Part shown: in pieces, positions 21,901 to 29,609 of the stretch
Layout of the letters: each line of letters opens with the position of its first letter
How positions within the stretch are numbered: position 1 is the first letter of the stretch
IMG/VR virus record: IMGVR_UViG_3300042905_005059
Location: 9,279 to 73,278 of that record
DNA from: a virus
Lineage: Duplodnaviria > Caudoviricetes
Strand: one strand, 5' to 3'
Length of the DNA stretch: 64,000 nucleotides
Translations under genes and position numbers: made by a program
Notes under the pieces: model-generated
The model's database searches: none
What the model was told of the DNA's origin: nothing
The model's input: the letters and a program-made list of their open reading frames with translations, nothing else

Positions 21901-22445
21901 CTTTGAGCTGGATTCCAAGAGCAGAGGAGGCTTTTTGGATGACATCTGATGTCGGTAAAGATGTTTGGGAAATTGAATCGGTACAATCTGGATATACAAA
22001 GCAGTTCATTTATGACGATAGACAGGTGACTTTTACAAGATGCACCTTGAAAAAAACAAACTTAAGGTCAAAGATCTTCTCTAATTCTTTCGTGACGTAT
22101 TCGGCCTTGCAAGAAAGGTCTAAGACTAATTTACAAGGTTTGGGAGTACCGGCTGACGATATGATTGTGCTTGGCTCGCAATTGAATCCAGAGCAACAGA
22201 AAATAATAACTAATAATTTAAGAGCTGAGAATAACATTGAAGACTATATAATTCCAAGCAAGCAAATATTTTTAGGAGATATAAAAAAGAGTTCTTTGTT
22301 TCCAAGTCAAAAAGAAAAAACTCAAATAGTAAATACAGAGTTCGAAATAAACGTATCGGTGGATAAGATAAAGAATTTCCCGGCAGTTTCTTTTGAAGAC
22401 TTTTCAAAATCTCAAATAATAAAAATTCTAAACGATAAAGCATGA
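12918..22445 (+). CDS. Giant (3175 aa) hypothetical virion/tail protein
   Basis: Uninterrupted 9.5-kb ORF, S/N/I/Y-rich. Coupled at both ends (TAA-T-ATG, ATGA). Confidence 0.65.
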   Translation: MSVIADNKSFVSNAAGVGSPDFDKATFGIWVSFFQHVNYSKNGYTDPQPLVEDIVASQFTVTGKRFSIVSPDGKAPKARFFLTSGIKGINGYDSLDAISEITNTYISGYKPEILLPDLDFTGKIFRRTEIESTSKSPVSNNNVSGIAAEDWQQTNISLNVTNTEENFAYIDSGYIPYSNEVNTRYKFLYDDSSKSIESNFSSFELPIQLEQGAVFKYRISRKSEPLGQSYFVDLTADGKGVIDYSKYKDEVSGFLDGSLSYDFENIATISVGKGEFLDDSNKTNIIKEIQNDHYSGYLKISKSTAADGAEMYNFDLVSDSEEFNDIYRVGISLDIFKLNSKEGITGYVMSSYNMGDGSSTKTIALAQGDSVYPRVSEDGKVYRSNSVKDLVNIEQILESETFAQNVELQQTAGEESESVVGKKMENYFEALTDALNDKFGEEAVAEDESDVINIKNAIEIKDAQNLLDENSSIIRNETALPAFQLPKKLITSDFYSNYLNSGEKYVAVPLSKYSLFSSLAYGDSYGILGVDISEKIRTVYNSTCEGIYIDEVSFCRGDTATQKFKSPVSNEISYSKGSVTEIPYSNGIIRKENYENQLSWQNAINYYYTKNYVASFDVYPSLSELELKNLFDQAVENVKNAIQGSNTNISSANSFLAKGGVEPRIFVEREIYTEDYSPNQDQELSKILSAGINVPDPTDISTEKEEKLYCVQNYDVSDFVRNKQTFFYPVQNYNETIIFDSFVPNSEIHSYTIADQSTFGVVLFADKNPSPKKIFRVESVIGGGSTFSYSNFSSSQAWNGLDGGTITITNQDTQKYGYHLYTYTNSTDALVLAKSNVRNGEIADTSLANAVVIKFNKENFVSNPSSTKEIDSEGKEIEYFSLFLSAVDSNGNVYDATKVKINVQIYNYSLSPPKEVNQWYIFNKNPINDNSYGIKENDQEIKPRFFEDSSEETKAMAQQLFFFPNGPCTSKNYEGSPISAGAKNGLANGLFENNILITEERGFTSTYESNSCLDVLENGIINKQKSPAAGTSSVLFSSVKRLKITKVKYNFYAKDLILIGDAGFPNSKDFNYGWQFKLQYRDKGSSADWGTLEEKGPFNTSEITTQFYQISPYYGLLGALNSPYYLEMIAFKTNIPLFLDDSNYEFRIAKYEKLAVFSSDLDVIKKVNFIPIKVQWTADPDCQYYNIYQKDSGNNLTFLATENTRNNLSYAVPDVKQSYIDLGPANFGSPNFSGYYDIRVSGIVPSVKETSNSISSQYGFDVGDSNAQFLINKISNEANSAFAKQINNPTYTPLINFNNPESKNSAFTINQNYNKYYFVSNSASASLEGLSNIGFEGYVANTGASSCSVGAQSVSSNNVASISNNGVVTTSSLQSLPSAALDLKDTEDDQCLYLISGVTISNSTSINRVLNIVNDSSSSIAITYNGTITIQANTTAQISFLSSSASVTFTRNNITAQDDVISYPSVGLVNINHSRVNLDPSNPSSNFPIYNVSNSKLSVNGALDLNAKSFNVVNWNGSTASNSQKNIFDSIKIFILGTELESERITLLKDDTDIIISNFQGAEGVSEEYFFIKDETITRYFNINIINGSSTYELPIKNQDFKLTVYKRNSVITYSILYPSDSPFFNISNNTEQLILLTRNNVQNIDLNYLEASIPKQSFIYIVNKSQSEISFYKGDITQSVYTVSPNQIARASISTIGDANGIKIDIIDSAYSHFVFNIDAATHLSDSINILDLNFCGTSITTPSASSFASKNTFLLCRNRSIPNKIDNQFISAEAGLINDQDDPSTNELNEIGQLSANSISLSLYRKNVSDTLPTLERTSFINQGLLGSESSVEDSVSAFFYIKDDNLKHFSIRDFYNRKSSYSGKVFLPSPREIRINSFDDNHFLRIKSQSISFDYSPDTYVNGRLYSQDAKDSAIISRDTEKASTTKTFPNALNSDQILINFSYDTVNVTVSSVSKTIKKNRLIKNDTGDLVYPVYNNKEFFIADSNSDRKNTVTAGGTTLFYQIIGKEIDVESIVLPDISAVITYVIKNSSSRTYPVYTLRGILVHNLAPNTQKEFVYNGSSYDANNNSVPYGDNLSFTSIKTENQILEVDLSHPLSSLWPSGFSVNAIRESFIVEDSIELIIDGSSYQYAIFDVLDTVPADSSRVVYCYGRKPGILDIGDNKYLVNAFYLYLIFNGTIVKENEFYTTGDGINTAAVYPLSVIEYKHTDLLKFLPTYQSVISLPNVILIPLASQLVHYYLPNLSVVYSDGSQNYTLGSLLSGKKIVFVNTVKTNSGAENKVTNYNGAATESLEDVNSVVMYEISGGQWVKSTSGVPVVKPVYPTLDRVKGLSLTQTSEIADGREFVYLPNFSRFNVTVDSFTDKELKNFYVLNSASNRVFINSNQSMLSSSRFMKIYRNLTADSFDSQDLEIGGTASFVSVEIELSQNKVVDDVVAEKYPNLKFGTSLKATAIYGTGSGRTKYTHFYRYGTSGAPAKPIIKNESFADLDLFNLKSYSPNDKLFVYGSSNVNAEGVSFDSYDLRVLKSDSLSGEKFYIYNNSSVFLRVFFKESDSGLSSDSIAIPSKRMVEISDNAVFLEYHEKGKFYISSKKLNKTYINKIDLPIFVDAFPDYKSLTGVIEAIQVTNSISSIVLSLSKYKEKAIFYYTDGVNKFQIDFDNNSSLNLPTFESFYLKSVSIINIKKPIYSISSSGHYILNNSNVQIEVDCGSLSQSLFLVNNCAENILVTTVVSSVRKNILLYRNTVLILNSSGASRYIKKAKRRDDFYCVFNPKTAISTQNEISFVNAIERNLDVQPILNDNGVEQQSYIKLLSRYGSSTTIYLSLTDYYNGLDVPTDSQEGIVAYEVGIGHETISKFLFFDPSKSTYTLPGIVDGETYRVDIDYALFDNISNLNGQDTLKEDQNPYVIYNGEKYYNNEIIKGSYMSFYEVKYPNYVRVFKVTEDQPLVEDSVAKESDLDESIQEEIVEPLDKTAIFYQTINESITEALGSSLSWIPRAEEAFWMTSDVGKDVWEIESVQSGYTKQFIYDDRQVTFTRCTLKKTNLRSKIFSNSFVTYSALQERSKTNLQGLGVPADDMIVLGSQLNPEQQKIITNNLRAENNIEDYIIPSKQIFLGDIKKSSLFPSQKEKTQIVNTEFEINVSVDKIKNFPAVSFEDFSKSQIIKILNDKA

Positions 22446-25225
22446 GATTTCTGCAATCAACTTACTATAACGAAGACTATATTAGCAATGCTTATAAAAT
22501 AGTAAGCATAGAAGATATAAGCTCAACCGCTTCGATAATGGGAATAGCTCTTGCCTATTTGGATGATATTATTAGCAATTCAAATTCAATAGATACTTCT
22601 GCCTCGCGTTCTTTAAAAATAGATGGAGCATTTTTAGATACAACTTATTTTTATGTTCCATTCAGTTATGCGCCCGGAATCAATTGTTTAAATATAGATT
22701 CTTCTTATACAGTTAGTAATATTAACCTTAATAGATCTCTATTAAAAACAGGTTTTACTTTAAGCTCTCCATACTCATCTAATGGAGACTTAACTGCTGG
22801 CCAAGGGGGGACAAATGGGAGCGGAGGCACCGTAAGAATAACTTATAATTATTCTATTTACGTTAGCGATGGCGTACTTATAAATAAATCTTATGTAAAG
22901 ATAGCAAATCGACTATCAGATTATTATAACATAACAAATGAAGAATTCGATAACACACAATTCATAAAAGATAATTCTTGCTATATAAGCTACAAAAAAT
23001 GCAAAGTATTAACATACACATTAAATCCTGCGGCAGGAGATTATCCAGAAAGAAAAGAATGTTTAATTTTAGCATCTTTGCAAGATTTCGAATATTTAGA
23101 AGACTTTTCTAATGATGTCTACTACTCTTCTGTTGCTCAAGATTACTATGCGGACGCGGCATTTACTCAACAATTAAATTTAAGAGCAAAGTTTGATTAT
23201 TTTCCATATTTGATATTGAATGAATCAACTATTTTTCATGGTCCTGTTTCTCAAAAATTAGACTTAAATACAGACACTACTCTAGAAGACACTACTGAAT
23301 ACATAAATGAGAATTCTTATGTTTCCATTTGTAATTTTACTGCGGAGCAAACTAATCCTCCAGCAGCAGGAACAGGAACTATATTTTGTAGTGCCACTGA
23401 CCCAAACAGGGCTGTTGTAAATTATGGAGGGAACGCTTATTATTTTTTAGATAGTCAAATTTGTGGAGCTTCAGCTAAAACAGTTCTTGCGGTTTTCGCA
23501 TTAAAAAATTACAAAACTTTACAGTTATACAAAGACTTTACAATTCTAGCTTCTGTTCTTTTTGATGTTTTTGCTTATAATTTTATATACATAAAATATA
23601 GACAGGGAGACTCATACTACAACTTTCAAGACAATGGAAGCGTGGCTACTACTACAGTAAAATACTCTAGTCAAGTATTAGATTTTACAAAATACTTTTC
23701 TTTAAAAGAGCAAAATAATGGCTTAGATAATATAACGATAAACGCCATATCTTTTAATTTTTTAATTTATAAAATAGCAACATCTGATGCAGACGCAACG
23801 TCTTATATATTAGATGTTCCTATACAGGTTTTATCTCCTAGATACATTGGAGCAGAAGAGAAAAGCGATACTAAGTTAGTTATAAAAACAGACTACGCAA
23901 CAAGAATTTCTTATTATTTTGGAGACGATCCAAGCAGCGCAGTTAGCGTTTCAATTACTACAGACTCGTCAGATGGAACTAATCAAGAAACTGAGATAGA
24001 CATAACTTTAAGAACAGGAGATGTCCATATAGATGTATTTAATTATTTTTATGATGTAGAGGGAGGTAACAGAGAGCTTTATTCAAATATAGGAAACGCA
24101 TATCAAATACAAAGAGATTTAATTGTTCCAGTATTTACATTTTCAATAAAGCAAGGCGGCACAACAGCTAGTTTCTATGAAGAGTCAAACTTGGCCACTT
24201 CTATAAATCAAATAAGTTTAACTGACGCTACTCAATCTAGTTTCAATAACTACGTTTTGTATTCAAGTTATTCAAATGTGGGAGATTTTGAATTTATATT
24301 GACTTTCTCTCTACCGACTACATCATCTTTTGTATCTTTATACTTAGGGCCTTCTGCATTCCCGCTTAATCCAAAGGTGCAAAGTGGGGTTGGTTCTGCC
24401 ATATCTAAAGTAGATTTATTTAAATTAGCAAAAATAGATGGATCTATAAATATTAACTTCTCTTTAGATGGAAGAATAAACTACTCTATACCTTTCAAAT
24501 TCAAAAACTATTCCGCCAATTCTCCTGCTTGTGATCCTGTTTCTGCGCCAGATATACTACTAAAAAATACAGAAGCTTCTGCCGAGTTTTCTTTTGATTA
24601 TAGATATGCTGATTCTATTACTTATTCTTTAATAGACAACAATAGTAACATCCTATATGGCCCTTCTGTTATTTTAGAGCCTTACTCTGCCGCTTTAGCA
24701 AATTATTTTATCAATGGAACAACTATATCAAGATCATTGAAAGTAAGCAATTTTCCTGTATTTGATAATTCTACATCTATAAAAGTTAGAGTAACAGTAA
24801 AAAACATAAACGCATCAAGAGAAGACGTTGAGGTGACAGTAGATTCATCGTCTTTTTCCGCTATACCTCAAAAATTAAATAGACAAACTCCAGCAGAAAT
24901 ACTTTTCTTCTCGGATCAAGCAATGACTACTGCTGTTTCGACAATAAACAAAGACATCTTGTATTATGCGTTTTTGCAACTGTATGATGTAGGAGGCAAC
25001 GCCATAAACTCTGCAAACTATGGCAACTATATATCTACAAATCCACCACCTACTTTTGTAATGATAGAGTCTAATGGGGATAATGTAGACTTAGAAGGTG
25101 TAATCCTCAATAAGATAAATGATTATTTATATTCATTTAAAATACCAACCAATAGCTCATTTAACGATGAAGCATTCGTTATAGACGCGCTATATCTTCC
25201 TATAATAGACTTGAGTCAGAAATAA
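22442..25225 (+). CDS. Large hypothetical virion protein
   Basis: 927-aa ORF with ATGA overlap; beta-rich composition. Confidence 0.6.
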   Translation: MRFLQSTYYNEDYISNAYKIVSIEDISSTASIMGIALAYLDDIISNSNSIDTSASRSLKIDGAFLDTTYFYVPFSYAPGINCLNIDSSYTVSNINLNRSLLKTGFTLSSPYSSNGDLTAGQGGTNGSGGTVRITYNYSIYVSDGVLINKSYVKIANRLSDYYNITNEEFDNTQFIKDNSCYISYKKCKVLTYTLNPAAGDYPERKECLILASLQDFEYLEDFSNDVYYSSVAQDYYADAAFTQQLNLRAKFDYFPYLILNESTIFHGPVSQKLDLNTDTTLEDTTEYINENSYVSICNFTAEQTNPPAAGTGTIFCSATDPNRAVVNYGGNAYYFLDSQICGASAKTVLAVFALKNYKTLQLYKDFTILASVLFDVFAYNFIYIKYRQGDSYYNFQDNGSVATTTVKYSSQVLDFTKYFSLKEQNNGLDNITINAISFNFLIYKIATSDADATSYILDVPIQVLSPRYIGAEEKSDTKLVIKTDYATRISYYFGDDPSSAVSVSITTDSSDGTNQETEIDITLRTGDVHIDVFNYFYDVEGGNRELYSNIGNAYQIQRDLIVPVFTFSIKQGGTTASFYEESNLATSINQISLTDATQSSFNNYVLYSSYSNVGDFEFILTFSLPTTSSFVSLYLGPSAFPLNPKVQSGVGSAISKVDLFKLAKIDGSININFSLDGRINYSIPFKFKNYSANSPACDPVSAPDILLKNTEASAEFSFDYRYADSITYSLIDNNSNILYGPSVILEPYSAALANYFINGTTISRSLKVSNFPVFDNSTSIKVRVTVKNINASREDVEVTVDSSSFSAIPQKLNRQTPAEILFFSDQAMTTAVSTINKDILYYAFLQLYDVGGNAINSANYGNYISTNPPPTFVMIESNGDNVDLEGVILNKINDYLYSFKIPTNSSFNDEAFVIDALYLPIIDLSQK

Positions 25226-25226
25226 T

Positions 25227-28200
25227 ATGAGCTTAAAAACAGCAAGAGGACAAATACTAATAGCTAATGGATTCGAAGATCCTTCCTCTTTAGCGTTGCC
25301 AAATATCATCAGCTTCTCGTCTTCAATCGACCCAGAGAATAATAAGTTTGCTGTTTATTTTTCGGTAGAGAGGAATTACGCTTCTCTTCAACTGGTATGC
25401 AGATTTTTAGATGAAGATAATAAAGAGATCCCAAGCTTAAAAACTATAATCAACGTTTTTGGCCTTGAGTCTTTTTCTTTCTACAAGGACAAGGTTTATA
25501 GAACATCTTTAGAGCTTATTGCTACTAATAAAAATGGCCAAGATTCTAGAAAGCTTGAGCCAATAGATAAAGCCAATAATAATCTAAATGTATTCGAAGA
25601 AGAGCTTATATCAGGCTTTAAGATAGCAAACACAGTAAATACTTATGATCAAGTTGATTTGTCTTTTTATCTTAATAATATCGTTGGCTTTAATATAGAT
25701 GATTTAGAAAATATATCATTATACTACAAAAGAAAAGACTATTTCGATTGGAAAGTTCTGCCTTTAAAAAACAATTATTCGCTCAAAAAGAATGCCGCGA
25801 ATGAGGTAGAGTCTTATTTTTATGAGCAAAAAAATATTAAGATAGAAAGGTCAGCAGATGGAGGAAATTTTAGCTTTCAAATAGAAGCAAAAGTAAAAAA
25901 CTTTAAGCCTTCTCAATCAGATATTCTTTCTCTGTATTTTGATATAATTAGTCCATCTCAACAAAATACTAGCAGCTCTACATTTCAAAAAGCAGAGTTA
26001 TTAGATCCTGAGAATCCGGCTTCTTTAAGATATGAGATATCAACAAGATTCTCTCAGATATATATTTCTACGGTAGGGAAAAATGAAAATGTTTTACCTT
26101 TTTACTCTTATTTTTTAAATGATAAGGACTACTATAAGTCTTCCATTGATTTTTTGAATTTACAGTTTGTAAAGAGCGGCGAAAAATTTTTCTATTATGA
26201 CTATCAATATTCTATAAAGTCATCAGACACAAAGGGGTTCTTTTATCCAGCTTCTGTTTCTGAAATATTGCCATGCATTTTAATTAATCAATTAGCTGGC
26301 CAAAATCAATCTGTAGTTTTGTTTTGGAAAATTAATGATGATTTTTTTGACTACAAGTTCTTGAATAAGAATATGTCAATATTCACTAGCTATGTAAAAA
26401 TTAAAGTTCAGTATAAGGTAAGCTCCTCGTATCAAGACTTAACTAAAGAAATTATCTTGACAAAAGACGCTCACTTTAAAGAGTCTGAGCAAAAATTTGT
26501 TTTATTCTTAAGAAGAGATGTCGATATTTTAGAAAACCAAAGAACAGTGTTCGATAGAATACAAGACAACGACAACAAGACAGACAATTTAAGAATTCTA
26601 ATCACAGAGCATAAAGTAGATTGCTCTCTATTCCAAAATGGTACGAAGACTTTCACTTTTGATAAGCTGATGATTCCAGATAAATGGAATTATATAGCTT
26701 ATGATAAGTATATTCCATTAGATGCTTCTATAAGAAATCCTCAGACAGAAAAGATAAACTTAAATTTGAATAGTTTATATTTGAGAGGAATAAGATTGCC
26801 AGAAAAAGGATTTAAGAGATTTGATCTGCTAAACGAAATAACTACTGACTCCAATGGATTCATCTTGTCTTATGGCGCAAGAATAATATACAAGCTTGCT
26901 TCAGATTTTAAAGCTTTTTATCAAGACCCAATAATAGAAGGAACTATTAATACTGTAGAAATACCATCTTTCCCAAACGATGTTTTTATAACTCCTCCAG
27001 ATTTAGTGTTACCACCTCCAAATTATGTAAAAATAGAAAATGGGGGAACTCAAGCAGAAGGTCTAGTTATGTTAAATGAGTATGGAAAAATAAATGGTAT
27101 ACAAATAATAAATCCCGGAAAAGGCTATTCTTTTTATACTACAGCTCTAAGCAAAAGGCAGCAAACTTTTACCGACTTAACGCCCTATGTAAAAACAAGT
27201 TATTTAATAGTAGGAACCAATCAAAACAATAATCCAAGCGCATTAGTAATACAAAATAATTCTTTTGATAAGCAAGCATTGCTAGCATCTATGCGCGGCG
27301 GTGTCAGATTGGCAAGCGCAAATAACGATAAGGCTTTGCTTAATAATTCAACTAGTTCTTTATCAGAACTTCAAAATAAAAAAATAGACCAGTATTTCCA
27401 AAGAGAAATCTCTGACAATTCTTTTATTCAAGATAACTCATCTGAGCCTTATCAAATAGTAACACCAAAAATAGAACAAATTAGTATTGGATCTCTAGAT
27501 GAAGAGTGGAGTATTATATCTCAACTATATACAAATAAAAACATAAATCCATACGAGCAAAGCGTAATATATAGCGAAGATGTTGATGCTGGAGTATCAG
27601 TTGTAGAAGATTCAGCTATAAAATCTGATCCAGTAGTTTCTAATGAAATAACACCAATTACAATAAATCCAGAAGCTTCTCAGGCAAGTTCTTCTGGAGG
27701 CTCATGGAAGATGTTTGAGCTAAGTGGCCTGAAAGTTATTCCTGATGGTAGCGCCGCAGTATCTTTGACAAGCTCATCGGCTGCTCCTCCGTCAATGACA
27801 TTGTTGCCAACTTCAGTAAGGTCGGATAATATGTATGGTTTTGGTCCATTGCCAAATATGCTACCTAGAGCAGAAATGTTTAATAGATTTGTAATGGCTG
27901 TCAATAATTTAAATTCTGTGAGAGTATTGGCTCCATTTGTGTGGTCTTTAGAGCATGATAGAACTTTTACTTCATGGTATAAGCAGATAACAAATGAAAA
28001 TGAATACGATATAGTAGAATTTAAAACTCAAGGAACAAGATTTGATCAAACTGCTCCCATAGGGCCAGAAATGCAGCCAATAAATACAACATTAGCTGTA
28101 GCTGCTAGAAGATCTGTGACTAAAGTATTTTTAAAGCCAGAGAAGGCTCTATCTTTGGGGTTAGAGTTCGCTGGCCAATATATCGAATCCACAGAAGAGA

Positions 28201-28619
28201 GTGAAAGCTACACATTCTCAGCTTTTATTCATCCAAGCATGAGTAATGCAATACCTTCTTATATATCTAGTAATGTAAAAAGAAAATACTTAGGAGTAGT
28301 AACAGACGCAACGTCCACTTGCGGACAAGTTCAATTGCCTTTGGATTCAGCAGGAGTTCCGTATGCAGCTTGTAGCAATGGATCGACTAGGCCTTTTTAT
28401 TCTATAAAAGAATTACCAGCAGATAAAACAATAGTAAGCACAACTTATAAATTCTTCAATAATTCTAATTCTGTATCTTTGCAAGCTAGAGGAACAGCTA
28501 AGGCACTACAAGTATTCATATCGCAAGATAGAGTTTGCGGAAGTGAATGCGGAGATTCCTCTTCTCAGACTATAGATTTTTCTTATACTAATATGTTTCC
28601 TGCTATAATAGAATTATGA
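25227..28619 (+). CDS. Large hypothetical virion protein with one GxGY baseplate-like module
   Basis: 1130-aa ORF containing GKINGIQIINPGKGYS, related to the 7729..9108 repeats. Confidence 0.6.
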   Translation: MSLKTARGQILIANGFEDPSSLALPNIISFSSSIDPENNKFAVYFSVERNYASLQLVCRFLDEDNKEIPSLKTIINVFGLESFSFYKDKVYRTSLELIATNKNGQDSRKLEPIDKANNNLNVFEEELISGFKIANTVNTYDQVDLSFYLNNIVGFNIDDLENISLYYKRKDYFDWKVLPLKNNYSLKKNAANEVESYFYEQKNIKIERSADGGNFSFQIEAKVKNFKPSQSDILSLYFDIISPSQQNTSSSTFQKAELLDPENPASLRYEISTRFSQIYISTVGKNENVLPFYSYFLNDKDYYKSSIDFLNLQFVKSGEKFFYYDYQYSIKSSDTKGFFYPASVSEILPCILINQLAGQNQSVVLFWKINDDFFDYKFLNKNMSIFTSYVKIKVQYKVSSSYQDLTKEIILTKDAHFKESEQKFVLFLRRDVDILENQRTVFDRIQDNDNKTDNLRILITEHKVDCSLFQNGTKTFTFDKLMIPDKWNYIAYDKYIPLDASIRNPQTEKINLNLNSLYLRGIRLPEKGFKRFDLLNEITTDSNGFILSYGARIIYKLASDFKAFYQDPIIEGTINTVEIPSFPNDVFITPPDLVLPPPNYVKIENGGTQAEGLVMLNEYGKINGIQIINPGKGYSFYTTALSKRQQTFTDLTPYVKTSYLIVGTNQNNNPSALVIQNNSFDKQALLASMRGGVRLASANNDKALLNNSTSSLSELQNKKIDQYFQREISDNSFIQDNSSEPYQIVTPKIEQISIGSLDEEWSIISQLYTNKNINPYEQSVIYSEDVDAGVSVVEDSAIKSDPVVSNEITPITINPEASQASSSGGSWKMFELSGLKVIPDGSAAVSLTSSSAAPPSMTLLPTSVRSDNMYGFGPLPNMLPRAEMFNRFVMAVNNLNSVRVLAPFVWSLEHDRTFTSWYKQITNENEYDIVEFKTQGTRFDQTAPIGPEMQPINTTLAVAARRSVTKVFLKPEKALSLGLEFAGQYIESTEESESYTFSAFIHPSMSNAIPSYISSNVKRKYLGVVTDATSTCGQVQLPLDSAGVPYAACSNGSTRPFYSIKELPADKTIVSTTYKFFNNSNSVSLQARGTAKALQVFISQDRVCGSECGDSSSQTIDFSYTNMFPAIIEL

Positions 28620-28879
28620 TTGATGAAAAATTTAAAAAGCTGTTTAAAGAAGCAGCTAAAGTATCTAAAAGCTTATCTCAATCCGCTGCAAAAGGCGTGG
28701 CAGCAATATCAGAGAATAAAAAGTTAATATCTACAAAATCTGAGGCTCAGTCTAGATTAGACATTTGCAATAAATGCAAAGACCTAGACAAAAGTCTAGG
28801 TCGATGCACTGTTTGTGGGTGTTTCGTTTATCTGAAAACTAAAGCAGATTACGAAAGTTGTCCAGAAGGAAAATGGTAA
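28616..28879 (+). CDS. DUF6171-like Cys-rich small protein
   Basis: RLDICNKC...RCTVCGC...KTK....SCPEGKW matches the R-L-x-I-C-x2-C...C-x2-CGC...CPxxKW pattern. Confidence 0.75.
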   Translation: MIDEKFKKLFKEAAKVSKSLSQSAAKGVAAISENKKLISTKSEAQSRLDICNKCKDLDKSLGRCTVCGCFVYLKTKADYESCPEGKW

Positions 28880-29575
28880 TTACTTTGCTTTCCTAAGTCT
28901 TTCAATAAGCTCAAAAACTTTAGGCTTTGGAATATCATTTATAGAATTAAAATCTTCAGCCTTATCAAAGTTCTCTAATATAAGCTTCTTTTTGATAGAA
29001 TCAAAAGATACGTTCCTTTCCTTCATAATGTTAGAAAGGACTGCTGCTGGAGAGACTGGATTATCAGCGCCGATCTCTTCGACTTGCTTAGCTCCAATTT
29101 CTTCTTGACCAACGATGTTAATTTTCAAAAAATTTCTTACACACCTGACGAAAGCGCGATTTTCAGAGATAGCAGCGAGATAATTTCGCGCAAAACTTTG
29201 AGTGTTGTCTGGGGAGGCATCTGCCAAGGCTTGAAAAGACACATCCACGTTACAGGTCTCATAATTACCAATCCAGTTGATGTAACAACTAGCAATTACA
29301 TAATTTGGTCCAGCTTCTGGCACATCATAAGACACGCATGTAAAACCTCTGATTTGGGCAAGCTCTTTAATTCCGCCAAGAAGAATTAGTAAATCTTTAT
29401 CTTCTAGCTTTGAGACATCAGTTTCTTGAGTCCTTTGCTTATTAGGAACAAGGAACTCGGGGCGAATCATTTTGCGCCAATTAACATATCCATCTTCATT
29501 AAAAACATATGGAATAGGAGGCTCTTCTAAGAGCCCGAATTCATTTCGTTTAAGTAGTTTCGGGGGAGTACTCAT
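28880..29575 (-). CDS. Rad52/Sak-like single-strand annealing protein (putative)
   Basis: LLGGIKELAQIRG, ALADASPDN and AISENRAFVRCVRNFLKINI resemble the Rad52-fold core (A-E-x-R-A-x-x-R-x-L). Lies in the recombination region. Confidence 0.5.
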   Translation of the reverse strand: MSTPPKLLKRNEFGLLEEPPIPYVFNEDGYVNWRKMIRPEFLVPNKQRTQETDVSKLEDKDLLILLGGIKELAQIRGFTCVSYDVPEAGPNYVIASCYINWIGNYETCNVDVSFQALADASPDNTQSFARNYLAAISENRAFVRCVRNFLKINIVGQEEIGAKQVEEIGADNPVSPAAVLSNIMKERNVSFDSIKKKLILENFDKAEDFNSINDIPKPKVFELIERLRKAK

Positions 29576-29581
29576 CGCTAT

Positions 29582-29609
29582 ATTATGCGCCTAATTGCTC
29601 TTTTGTCAA
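29582..29609 (-). promoter_or_regulatory. Sigma-70-type leaderless promoter
   Basis: TTGACA-N16-CATAAT, 6 nt before ATG 29575. Confidence 0.75.

Noticed and set aside
893-22443. Short - strand ORFs in the track (e.g. 893..1108, 4387..4701, 17384..17677, 22210..22443)
   Set aside because: Antisense shadows of long + strand genes, with no motifs or start context.
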